Origin: Actinomycetota bacterium
Lineage (GTDB): Bacteria; Actinomycetota; UBA4738; HRBIN12
Assembly (NCBI GenBank): GCA_021325015.1
Contig: JAJPHY010000054.1
Span: forward strand, 8,523 to 72,522
Direction of reading: 5' to 3'
DNA length: 64,000 nt
The notes under the pieces are model-generated. The model saw nothing but the letters and a program-made list of their open reading frames with translations, made no database searches and had not been told where the DNA came from. Of the stretch, positions 1-7,800 are shown piece after piece. Both the position numbers and the translations under genes were made by a program. How positions within the stretch are numbered: the stretch's first letter is position 1; every line of letters begins with the position of its first letter.

Positions 1-1057
1 ACAGGATGGCGAGCGCCGCGAGGACGATCACGCCGTTCGAGAACACCAGCCGGTCTCCGCGGTTGGCGAACTGACGCGGCATGAACCGGTCGCGCGCGAG
101 GATCGCCGACAGGCGCGGGAAGTCCTGGTAGGAGGTGTTGGCCGCCAGCACCAGGATCATCGTCGTGAAGATCTGCACGAGGTAGAAGCCGATCCCTCCC
201 CCGAACGTCGCGTGCGCGACCTGCGCCACCACCGAGCGCTCGTCGGACACCGTGACGTGCATCCGGCTGGCGAGGAACGAGATGCCGAGGAACATGGTGA
301 TCGCGATCGCGCCCATCATCGCGAGGGTCTCCGCCGCGTTCCTCGCCTGGGGGCGGCGGAACGCCGGCACCCCGTTGGAGATCGCCTCCACTCCCGTGAG
401 CGCCGTGGATCCCGACGAGAAGGCTCGCAGCACGATGAACAGGCCGACCGGCCCGGCGACCTTCGCCAGGTCGGCGGCGGGGGGGACGGGCTCGGCGAGC
501 GGACAGCCGCCGACGCACCGGGCGAGGCCTATCGCGACCATCGTGAGGATCGAGACGATGAACGCGTAGGTCGGGAAGGCGAACAGCGTCCCGGACTCCC
601 GAACCCCGCGGAGGTTCGCCAGGGTGATGAAGATCACGAACCCGATCGACAGCTCGACCTTGTAGGGGAGCAGGCTCGTCGCGGCCGACGTCAGGGCGAA
701 GACCCCCGCCACGATCGACACCGCGACCGTGAGCACGTAGTCGGTGAGCAGGGCCCCGGCCGCGATCAGGCCCGGGATGGTCCCGAGGTTCTCCTTGCTC
801 ACGATGTAGGCGCCGCCGCCGTTCGGATACGCCCGAACGGTCTGCCGGTACGAGGCCACGACGATCGCCATCAGGATCGCGATGGCCGCGGCGATCGGCA
901 TCACGTACCGGTAGGCGTAGGCCGCCAGCGTCGCCCCGAGCAGGACGTGCAGGATCTCCTCGGTCGCGTACGCAACGGAGGACAGGGCGTCCGAGGAGAA
1001 CACCGGCAGGGCCAGGATCTTCGGCAGGAGGGTGTGCTCCAGGCGCTGGCTGGCCAT
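1..1057 (-). CDS. APC-superfamily permease, KimA-like K+ uptake transporter paralog. The N-terminal ~350 aa is present; the C-terminus runs past the window edge.
   Basis: Hand translation of the minus strand from ATG at 1057 gives MASQRLEHTLLPKILALPVFSSDALSSVAYATEE...GDRLVFSNGVIVLAALAIL. This aligns residue by residue with the permease at 3427..5931. The first in-frame upstream stop leaves no other start. The + strand ORFs 212..1195 and 252..569 are off-frame artefacts. Confidence 0.7.
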   Translation of the reverse strand, partial: MASQRLEHTLLPKILALPVFSSDALSSVAYATEEILHVLLGATLAAYAYRYVMPIAAAIAILMAIVVASYRQTVRAYPNGGGAYIVSKENLGTIPGLIAAGALLTDYVLTVAVSIVAGVFALTSAATSLLPYKVELSIGFVIFITLANLRGVRESGTLFAFPTYAFIVSILTMVAIGLARCVGGCPLAEPVPPAADLAKVAGPVGLFIVLRAFSSGSTALTGVEAISNGVPAFRRPQARNAAETLAMMGAIAITMFLGISFLASRMHVTVSDERSVVAQVAHATFGGGIGFYLVQIFTTMILVLAANTSYQDFPRLSAILARDRFMPRQFANRGDRLVFSNGVIVLAALAIL

Positions 1058-1139
1058 GGCCCGGCCGACGAGGACCCGCTTCAGGAGGCTGCCGGTGGTG
1101 GTGCGCTGCCGCTCCCCGATGGCGATGGTCCTGCGGATT

Positions 1140-1865
1140 CTAGTTCGAGCGCTCCGCGATCCACCGGTAGCCGACGCCCGGCTCGGTCAGGATGAGCGCG
1201 GGCGCCGCGGCGGCGTCTCCGAGCTTGCGCCGCAGGGCGCGCACGTACACGCGGAGGTAGTGGCTCTCCTGTCCGTATCCCCGTCCCCAGACCTTTCGGA
1301 GCAGCCACTGGTGGGTGAGGAGCTTGCCGGGGTTGGTCACGAGCGCTTCGAGCAGCGCGTACTCGGTCGGCGTGAGGTGGACGAGCTCGCCGCGGAGCGT
1401 GACGCGGCGGCGGGCGAGATCCACCTCGAGGTCTCCGTACCGCTGCAGCGCCGGCGCCGGCTCCTCCGGTTGCGCACGGCGAAGCTGGGCGCGAAGCCGC
1501 GCGAGCACCTCTTCCATGCCGAAGGGCTTCGTCACGTAGTCGTCGGCGCCGGCGTCGAGCGCCGCCACCTTGTCGGCCTGCTGGTCCCGAACCGAGAGCA
1601 CGATCACCGGCACGTCCGAGAACGCGCGGAGCCGCCGAATCACCTCGGTGCCGTCGAGGTCGGGCAGCCCGAGGTCCAGGAACACCAGGTCGGGCGCGCG
1701 CTCGGCCGCGGCGACGAGCGCCTCCTCCCCGTTTGCCGCGGTCCGGACCGCGTAACCGTGCGCCTCGAGGCTCGTGCGGAGCGCGCGGCGGATCTGCGGC
1801 TCGTCGTCGACCACGAGCACCGTGGTGCCGGACCCTCCCGCAAACGGAGCCCGGAGCGAGCTCAC
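1140..1865 (-). CDS. kdpE: OmpR/KdpE-family response regulator (receiver plus winged-helix domain)
   Basis: The C-terminal 240 aa of ORF 1140..2837 read VLVVDDEPQIRRALR...LDLGLPDLDG...DDYVTKPF...LTPTEYALLEAL. The GTG start at 1865 overlaps the kinase TGA stop (GTGA). An alternative GTG lies 15 codons downstream (VLVVDDE). Confidence 0.8.
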   Translation of the reverse strand: MSSLRAPFAGGSGTTVLVVDDEPQIRRALRTSLEAHGYAVRTAANGEEALVAAAERAPDLVFLDLGLPDLDGTEVIRRLRAFSDVPVIVLSVRDQQADKVAALDAGADDYVTKPFGMEEVLARLRAQLRRAQPEEPAPALQRYGDLEVDLARRRVTLRGELVHLTPTEYALLEALVTNPGKLLTHQWLLRKVWGRGYGQESHYLRVYVRALRRKLGDAAAAPALILTEPGVGYRWIAERSN

Positions 1866-3316
1866 GACGCCGGCTCCTGCGGCACCGGCCCCGCGTCCGC
1901 GATCGGCAGCTCGAACACGACCGCCGTTCCGCCTCCCGGCGCCCCCTCGATCCAGATCCGTCCGCCGTGGGCGAGCACGATCGCGCGCGCGATCGCGAGG
2001 CCGAGCCCGCTCCCGCGCCGGCCGTCGGCCCCCTCGCCCCGCACGAACGGCTCGAACGCCCGCTCGCGCTCCCCCGGGGGGATGCCCGGCCCCTGGTCGA
2101 CCACCCGCACCTGGATCGCCCGATGCCAGAGCGAGGCCGAGACCACGACCTCGCCTCCCGGCGGCGAGAACCGCGCGGCGTTCTCGAGGAGGTTCGTGAG
2201 GACCTGATCGATCTGGACCGGATCGATCGGCACCTCCGGCAGGTCCGGCCGGATCACCGTCCGCACCGCGAGCCCCTCGAGCGTCGGCGCCATCCGGTGC
2301 AGGACCGACTCGATCACCTCCTCGATCGAGGTCGGCTCCTTCGCCGGCACGAGCGCGCCGGCTCGCACCCGGGCGAGGTCCAGGATGTTGCCGACCAGCC
2401 GGTTGAGGCGGTCCGTCTCCTCGAGCACGGTCGCGAGCAGCTCGCGCTGCTGCCCCGGATCGTGGGTCGTCGTCGCGTCGAGCAGGCTCGTGACGCTCGC
2501 CTTGATCGAGGCGAGCGGCGTGCGCAGGTCGTGGGTGACCGAGGAGAACAGCGCCGCGCGAAGCTGACTGGTCTCGGATTGGACGAGCGCGGCCCGGACC
2601 TGGACGTCCAGCCTCGCCCGCTCGACGGCCACCGCCACCTGACGAGCACAGGCCTCGAGCAGGTGCAGGTCGGACCCGGCCAGCCGGTCCAGGCTCGCAC
2701 GACGGACGGCGGTGAGGGTTCCGAACGGGACGTTCGCGACCACGATCGGCACGACCGTCGAGAGGCCGGGGTCGGCCCCCGGCTGCTCGGCCGCGCCGTC
2801 GAACCGAACCTCGTCGGTGCCCACGTGGATCTCGCACCGAGCCAGCCCGAACGGCTCGAGCAGGGCCTGCGCGAAGTCGGTCAGGACGCGCTCGAGCGGC
2901 TCGGCCGACAGCAGCCGCGAGGCGAGGTAGTTGAGCAGGCGCGTCTCCTGCTCCCGCCGCGAGGCGCGGCTCCGCTCCTCGAGCGCGCGCGCGAGGAGCA
3001 GCCCGACGATCGACGCCACGACGAGGAACACCCCGAGCGCCAGCCAGTCCTCCACCTTGGCGACGCGGAAGGTGTCGAGTGGCGGCGTGAAGAAGAAGTT
3101 CAGCCCGAGAAACGAGAGGAGCGCCGCGCCCAGGCCGCTCGGCGTCCCGCCCACGGCCGCCGCGGCCACGACGCCGAGCAGATACAGCGACGTCGAGGCG
3201 ACGGCGCCGTAGGAGCGGAGCGCCAGGGCGAGGAGCGTCGCCGCCGCGGGGGTCAGGACGGCGGCGAGGACCGACCGCTCGGCTGAGGCTCGGCCCGGAC
3301 GGAACGGCTCCCTCAT
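1862..3316 (-). CDS. kdpD: KdpD-like sensor histidine kinase, C-terminal half only (4TM, GAF-like, HisKA, HATPase_c). It lacks the N-terminal KdpD/Usp sensor domains.
   Basis: H-box FSSVTHDLRTPLASI, N-box LLENAARFS, and G-boxes DQGPGIPPGE and GSGLGLAIARAIVLAHGG are close to E. coli KdpD. The protein is 484 aa versus ~890 aa for full KdpD. Confidence 0.85.
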   Translation of the reverse strand: MREPFRPGRASAERSVLAAVLTPAAATLLALALRSYGAVASTSLYLLGVVAAAAVGGTPSGLGAALLSFLGLNFFFTPPLDTFRVAKVEDWLALGVFLVVASIVGLLLARALEERSRASRREQETRLLNYLASRLLSAEPLERVLTDFAQALLEPFGLARCEIHVGTDEVRFDGAAEQPGADPGLSTVVPIVVANVPFGTLTAVRRASLDRLAGSDLHLLEACARQVAVAVERARLDVQVRAALVQSETSQLRAALFSSVTHDLRTPLASIKASVTSLLDATTTHDPGQQRELLATVLEETDRLNRLVGNILDLARVRAGALVPAKEPTSIEEVIESVLHRMAPTLEGLAVRTVIRPDLPEVPIDPVQIDQVLTNLLENAARFSPPGGEVVVSASLWHRAIQVRVVDQGPGIPPGERERAFEPFVRGEGADGRRGSGLGLAIARAIVLAHGGRIWIEGAPGGGTAVVFELPIADAGPVPQEPAS

Positions 3317-3323
3317 CTCGGCA

Positions 3324-3389
3324 TCACGCTAGCCGTTTTCACGCGTTCTTCACGCTCCCGCCCGCGGCTTTCACGCCGCGCTTACACGC
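3324..3389. promoter_or_regulatory. Array of five (T)TCACGC direct repeats in the divergent kdpD / K+ permease promoter; candidate response-regulator (KdpE-like) operator
   Basis: CACGC occurs at 3325, 3340, 3351, 3372 and 3385, spaced 15, 11, 21 and 13 nt, the last in TTACACGC form. OmpR-family regulators bind direct repeats with ~10-11 bp periodicity. Confidence 0.4.
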
Positions 3390-3426
3390 CTGGTTCGAAG
3401 CTCGGGGCAGAGAGGACGGCGGTAAG

Positions 3427-5931
3427 ATGGCGATCCGAGAGCGCACGGGGCACGCGGAGCCGCAGGCGCGGCCCGAGCCGGACGGGCGATCGCGCGCCGA
3501 GGGGCGACGGGCCCTTCCTCAGGGCCCGGCCTACCTGGTGAAGCGGGCGATCCTGGGCCCGCCGATCCCCACGCACCGGCTCATCCACGAGCGGCTGGGC
3601 AAGTTCCTCGCCCTGCCCATCTTCTCCTCGGACGCACTGTCCTCGGTGGCCTACGCGACCGAGGAGATGCTCCGCGTGCTCGTTCCCGTGTCGGCCGCGG
3701 CGGCGTTCGCCCTCGTGTTCCCGATCTCGATCGCGATCGGCATCGTCCTGCTCGCGTTGATCTTCAGCTACCGGCAGACGATCAAGGCGTACCCGTCGGC
3801 CGGCGGCGCCTACATCGTCACCAAGGACAACTTCGGGCTCTTGCCGGCGCAGGTCGCCGGGGTCGCGCTCCTCACCGACTACGTGCTGACCGTCGCGGTC
3901 TCGATCTCGGCGGGCGTGGCGGCCATCGTCACGGTCTACACCGGCCTGTACCCGTTCCGCGTGTGGATGGCGGTCGGGTTCCTCGCGATCCTCATGTGGG
4001 GGAACCTGCGGGGCGTCAAGGAGTCCGGACGGCTCTTCGCCTCGCCGACCTACGTGTTCATCTTCATGATCTTCTCGCTCCTCGCCGTCGCGGCGTTCAA
4101 GCTCGCGACCGGGCACCTCCAGCCGGCGGCCCCCCCGCCGTCGGCGACCGGCCACGGGCTCCTGTACGGCGTCTCGCTGTTCGTGGTGCTCCGAGCGCTC
4201 GCCTCGGGATCGACCGCGATGACGGGCGTCGAGGCGATCTCCAACGGCGTCCCCGCGTTCCGGCCCCCCGAATGGAGGAACGCCCGCGCGACGCTGCTGA
4301 TCATGGGCGCGATCCTCGGAACGATGTTCCTCGGCATCTCGTACGTGGCCCACCGCCTCCTGATCGTCCCGGATCCCTCCGAGCGCAAGACCGTGCTCGG
4401 GATGATCGCGCGCGAGGTGTTCGGACCCACCGGGCTCGGGCACGCCGCATTCTTCCTCCTCCAGATCGCGACGATGGCGGTCCTGGTCCTCGCGGCCAAC
4501 ACGTCGTTCGCCGACTTCCCGAGGCTCGCGAACTTCCACGCCGGCGACTCGTTCATGCCGAGGCAGTTCACGCGTCGGGGGCACCGGCTCGTGTTCTCGA
4601 ACGGGATCCTCGCGCTCGGCGCGGCCGCCGGGCTCATGATCGTGGGCTTCCAGGCCAACGTGACGCGGCTGATCCCCTTCTACGCGATCGGGGTATTCAC
4701 GTCGTTCTCGATGTCGCAGGCGGGAATGGCCAAGCGACACTGGAAGCTGCGCGAGCCCGGATGGCGTCGCGGGATCGCGATCAACGGCTTCGGCGCGCTC
4801 GCCACGGCGGTCGTCGACGTGGTCATCATCATCACGAAGTTCTCCGAGGGGGGATGGGTGATCCTCGTCCTCGTCCCGATCCTGGTGTGGCTGCTGGTCC
4901 GGATGAACCACCGCTACGAGCGCGAGCGCCGAGAGCTCGAAGAGCACCTCGAACCGTTCGACCGGTCAACGATCCGCAAGCCCGCGGTGGTCCTGCTCGT
5001 CGAGGACCTCGACCGCAAGACCATGCACGCGCTCCAGTACGCCAAGACCATCCGGCCGGAGAGCGTCTCCGCGGTGCACTTCGCCGGCGCCCGGGGGACC
5101 GACGGACTCGAGCAGCGGTGGCGGGAGCTCGGCATCGACGTCCCGTTGAAGGTCGTCCGCTGCGACGGCCACCTGCCGAGCGCGCTCGCCGGCTTCGTGA
5201 GCTCGGTCCCCGAGGGCCGGGACGTGAACGTGATCGTCCCCGGCCCCGCGCGGATGGGGATCTGGGAACGGCTCCGCCGCGGCCGGACGGGCGCGCAGCT
5301 CGCGCGGGCCCTCCTGCCGTACGGGCGCGTGCGCGTGACGACGGTCAAGGATCACCCGGGGCCAGGGCACATGGTCACCGAATCCGTCGGCGGTCGGACC
5401 CGCCTGCGCGTCGTCCCGCGGAGCAGCCACCGGGTCATCGTGCTGGTCGACAAGGTCGATCGCGCCGTGATCCGCGCCGTCCGGTACGCGCTCTCGCTCG
5501 GTGCGACCGACGTGTGGGCGGTGCACGCGGCCGTGGACCCCGATCTCCAGGAGCACGTGATCCGCCGGTGGATGGAGCTCGGACTGCCCGTTCCGCTCGA
5601 CGTCATCGAGTGCTGGGACCGGAACGTCCCGCGCGCCCTCGAGCGCTACGTGGCCGAACAGACCGGAACGGACTGCGAGGTCACGATCGTCATGCCGAGG
5701 CGCGACTACGCGCAGCTCCGACAGCGCATCCTGCACGACCGGACGAGCCGCAGGATCGCGCAGGCGCTCGGCCGCTACGAGCACGTCGACCTCGCCGTCG
5801 TTCCCTTCTACTTCGACAAGGTCCACGCGGCGGACCGACCCCGACCCGTCGAGGCGCCCGAGTCCACCACCCCCCTCCCCTCGGGCGCCTCGATCCCATC
5901 CGGCAACGGCCAGGCGGGTCGGATAAGCTGA
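3427..5931 (+). CDS. APC-superfamily KimA-like K+ transporter with a C-terminal cytoplasmic extension of two USP-like domains
   Basis: Twelve-TM core with LALPIFSSDALSSVAYATEE. The C-terminal ~350 aa hold two repeats with USP signatures (VVLLVEDLDRKTMHALQYA...VNVIVPG and RVIVLVDKVDRAVIRAVRYA...EVTIVMPRR). The true start may be GTG 3538, because the first ~37 aa are not conserved in the paralog. Confidence 0.8.
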   Translation: MAIRERTGHAEPQARPEPDGRSRAEGRRALPQGPAYLVKRAILGPPIPTHRLIHERLGKFLALPIFSSDALSSVAYATEEMLRVLVPVSAAAAFALVFPISIAIGIVLLALIFSYRQTIKAYPSAGGAYIVTKDNFGLLPAQVAGVALLTDYVLTVAVSISAGVAAIVTVYTGLYPFRVWMAVGFLAILMWGNLRGVKESGRLFASPTYVFIFMIFSLLAVAAFKLATGHLQPAAPPPSATGHGLLYGVSLFVVLRALASGSTAMTGVEAISNGVPAFRPPEWRNARATLLIMGAILGTMFLGISYVAHRLLIVPDPSERKTVLGMIAREVFGPTGLGHAAFFLLQIATMAVLVLAANTSFADFPRLANFHAGDSFMPRQFTRRGHRLVFSNGILALGAAAGLMIVGFQANVTRLIPFYAIGVFTSFSMSQAGMAKRHWKLREPGWRRGIAINGFGALATAVVDVVIIITKFSEGGWVILVLVPILVWLLVRMNHRYERERRELEEHLEPFDRSTIRKPAVVLLVEDLDRKTMHALQYAKTIRPESVSAVHFAGARGTDGLEQRWRELGIDVPLKVVRCDGHLPSALAGFVSSVPEGRDVNVIVPGPARMGIWERLRRGRTGAQLARALLPYGRVRVTTVKDHPGPGHMVTESVGGRTRLRVVPRSSHRVIVLVDKVDRAVIRAVRYALSLGATDVWAVHAAVDPDLQEHVIRRWMELGLPVPLDVIECWDRNVPRALERYVAEQTGTDCEVTIVMPRRDYAQLRQRILHDRTSRRIAQALGRYEHVDLAVVPFYFDKVHAADRPRPVEAPESTTPLPSGASIPSGNGQAGRIS

Positions 5932-5938
5932 CGCGGCG

Positions 5939-6598
5939 ATGCGGGTGATCATCGTTGGGTGCGGGAGGGTCGGCTCCGAGCTGACCATCCAGCTCGCCAA
6001 GGCCGGCCACGACGTGACGATCATCGACAAGCGCCCCTCGGCGTTCGACCGCCTGCCGCCGGGGTTCGAGGCGCGAACGATGGTCGGGTTCGGGTTCGAC
6101 CGCGAGCTGCTCGAGGAGGCGGGGATCAAGGACGCCGACGCGTTCATCGCGGTGACCAACGGTGACAACTCGAACATCGTGGCGGCCCGCGTGGCGCGCG
6201 AGCACTACCACGTGCCGAAGGTCATCGCCCGGATCTACGACCCCCGACGGGCCGAGATCTACGAGCGACTGAACATCCCCACGGTGGCGACGACGACCTG
6301 GGGCGTGAAGCAGATCATGCTGATGCTGTCGCACGCCCGCGAGGAGATCAAGGAGAGCCTCGCCGGCGGCGACCTGTTCCGGATGCGGATCGGCGTCCCC
6401 GGGCACCTGGTCGGCAAGCCCGTCAACCGGCTGAACGTCGACGGCAAGGTCGTCGTGGTGGCGGTCGATCGCGGCGGGCACGGGTTCATCCCGGTCGCCT
6501 CGAGCACGTTCCAGGAGGGGGACTTCGTCGGCCTGATCGTGCACAAGGACGCGCTCGAGCTCCTCGACGAACTCCTGGCCCCGACCGTGGAGCACTGA
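5939..6598 (+). CDS. trkA: TrkA-N/TrkA-C K+ transport regulatory subunit (ceoB-like)
   Basis: Begins MRVIIVGCGRVGSELTIQLAKAGHDVTIIDK with a Rossmann GxGxxG motif. The C-terminal TrkA-C (RCK_C) domain is present. Confidence 0.85.
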   Translation: MRVIIVGCGRVGSELTIQLAKAGHDVTIIDKRPSAFDRLPPGFEARTMVGFGFDRELLEEAGIKDADAFIAVTNGDNSNIVAARVAREHYHVPKVIARIYDPRRAEIYERLNIPTVATTTWGVKQIMLMLSHAREEIKESLAGGDLFRMRIGVPGHLVGKPVNRLNVDGKVVVVAVDRGGHGFIPVASSTFQEGDFVGLIVHKDALELLDELLAPTVEH

Positions 6599-6599
6599 G

Positions 6600-7295
6600 A
6601 TGCGCGTGGTGATCTCCGGAGCCGGGGCCGTCGGACGCCACCTGGCGTCCGACCTTCGTCTGCGCGGTCACGATGTGCTGCTGATCGAGCAGGACCCGGC
6701 CACGCTCAAGGAGGCCAAGGAGTGGGCGCCCGACGTCGAGTACGTGCTCGGCGACGCGTGCGAGCTCTGGGTGCTCGAGAAGGCGAACCTGAAAACCGCG
6801 GACGTCGTCGTGGCCTCGACCGGGGACGACGAGGACAACCTGGTGACCTCGCTCCTCGCCAAGCAGGAGTACGCGGTCCCCCGCGTGCTCGCCCGGGTGA
6901 ACCACCCGCGCAACGAGTGGATGTTCACCGAGCAGTGGGGGGTGGACGTCGCCGTCTCGGTCCCCCACCTGCTCACGGCGCTCGTGGAGGAGGCGGTGAC
7001 CGTCGGCGACCTCGTCCGCCTGCTGCGTCTGGAGGGCGGCCGGGTGGCGCTGGTCGAGCTCACGATGCCCGACACGTCGCCCAACGCCGGCCGCCCGATC
7101 TACGAGCTCCGTCTGCCCGCCGACTCGGCGATCGTGGCCGTGCTCCGCGAGGGCCACGTGGTCATCCCGCAGCCCGAGTCGGTGATCGCGGCGGGGGACG
7201 AGGTCCTCGCCCTGTCCTCGGCCGAGTCGGAGGCGGCGCTCAGGCTGGCGATCGTCGGCGAGGGCGTCCCCGGCGGCTCGCCGCTCGACGAGTAG
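6600..7295 (+). CDS. trkA: TrkA-N/TrkA-C K+ transport regulatory subunit (ceoC-like)
   Basis: Begins MRVVISGAGAVGRHLASDLRLRGHDVLLIEQD, with a C-terminal RCK_C domain. The ATG lies 1 nt after the upstream stop. Confidence 0.85.
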   Translation: MRVVISGAGAVGRHLASDLRLRGHDVLLIEQDPATLKEAKEWAPDVEYVLGDACELWVLEKANLKTADVVVASTGDDEDNLVTSLLAKQEYAVPRVLARVNHPRNEWMFTEQWGVDVAVSVPHLLTALVEEAVTVGDLVRLLRLEGGRVALVELTMPDTSPNAGRPIYELRLPADSAIVAVLREGHVVIPQPESVIAAGDEVLALSSAESEAALRLAIVGEGVPGGSPLDE

Positions 7296-7317
7296 GGGCG
7301 CGGGGCCTCGGACAGAC

Positions 7318-7343
7318 AGACCCTGCGGACTAGTCTGTTTCAG
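7318..7343. repeat. Palindromic element GACTAGTCTG-TTT-CAGACTAGTC (10-bp stem) downstream of trkA; member of an ACTAGTCTG repeat family
   Basis: Read directly from the sequence. Related copies occur at 23196..23216 and 37840..37858. All sit 0-25 nt after + strand stops, locally GC-poor within a 70 % GC context. Confidence 0.5.
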
Positions 7344-7383
7344 ACTAGTCTGAGGGCCGACTGCTCCGGTGCCGCGCCGAGCG

Positions 7384-7797
7384 TCAGGCCGCGAAGTCGA
7401 AGCTCGGGTTCACCATCCGGCGCCCCTGACGGAGCTCCCCGACCACGCCTTCCACGATCAGACGCGTGCCGAGGGTAAGCCCGGGGATCGTCCGGCGCCC
7501 CATCCAGATCACCGACATCTCGCCGGTCCCGTCCGAGATCAGCGCCTCGAGCGACTCGAACCCCTCGATCGGCCGCACGGTGATTCGCTTGACCACCCCG
7601 GCCACCCGAACCCGGTCCCGGGTCGGGACCTCCGCGATCCGCGTCGTCCCCGGAACCTGCGAGGCCCACCGTCGGATCTCCTCGGCCAGGCGCTGCTCGT
7701 CGCTCTCCGCCATGCGGGAGAGGAAGCGACGGAACGGGTCGAGGATGCCCACGCGCCTATCGAAGGTGGTCGAGGCTCCGGCCGCAACTGGAGGCAC
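7384..7797 (-). CDS. OB-fold (tRNA_anti-like) nucleic-acid-binding domain protein
   Basis: RVRVAGVVKRITVRPIEGFESLEALISDGTGEMSVIWMGRR...RLIVEGVVGE is a typical OB-fold barrel. An alternative start at MAESDEQ (7713) would give 109 aa. Confidence 0.6.
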   Translation of the reverse strand: MPPVAAGASTTFDRRVGILDPFRRFLSRMAESDEQRLAEEIRRWASQVPGTTRIAEVPTRDRVRVAGVVKRITVRPIEGFESLEALISDGTGEMSVIWMGRRTIPGLTLGTRLIVEGVVGELRQGRRMVNPSFDFAA

Positions 7798-7800
7798 GGC

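Noticed and set aside
212-1195. 327-aa + strand ORF (and 252..569 +) at the window start
   Set aside because: Arg/Asp/Gly-rich, low-complexity translation. It is antisense to a minus-strand APC permease paralog that aligns cleanly with the gene at 3427..5931.
3317-3426. Possible c-di-AMP (ydaO-type) riboswitch upstream of the kimA-like permease
   Set aside because: The region is only 110 nt and is filled by the CACGC direct-repeat array. No riboswitch-like conserved pseudoknot sequence was recognised.
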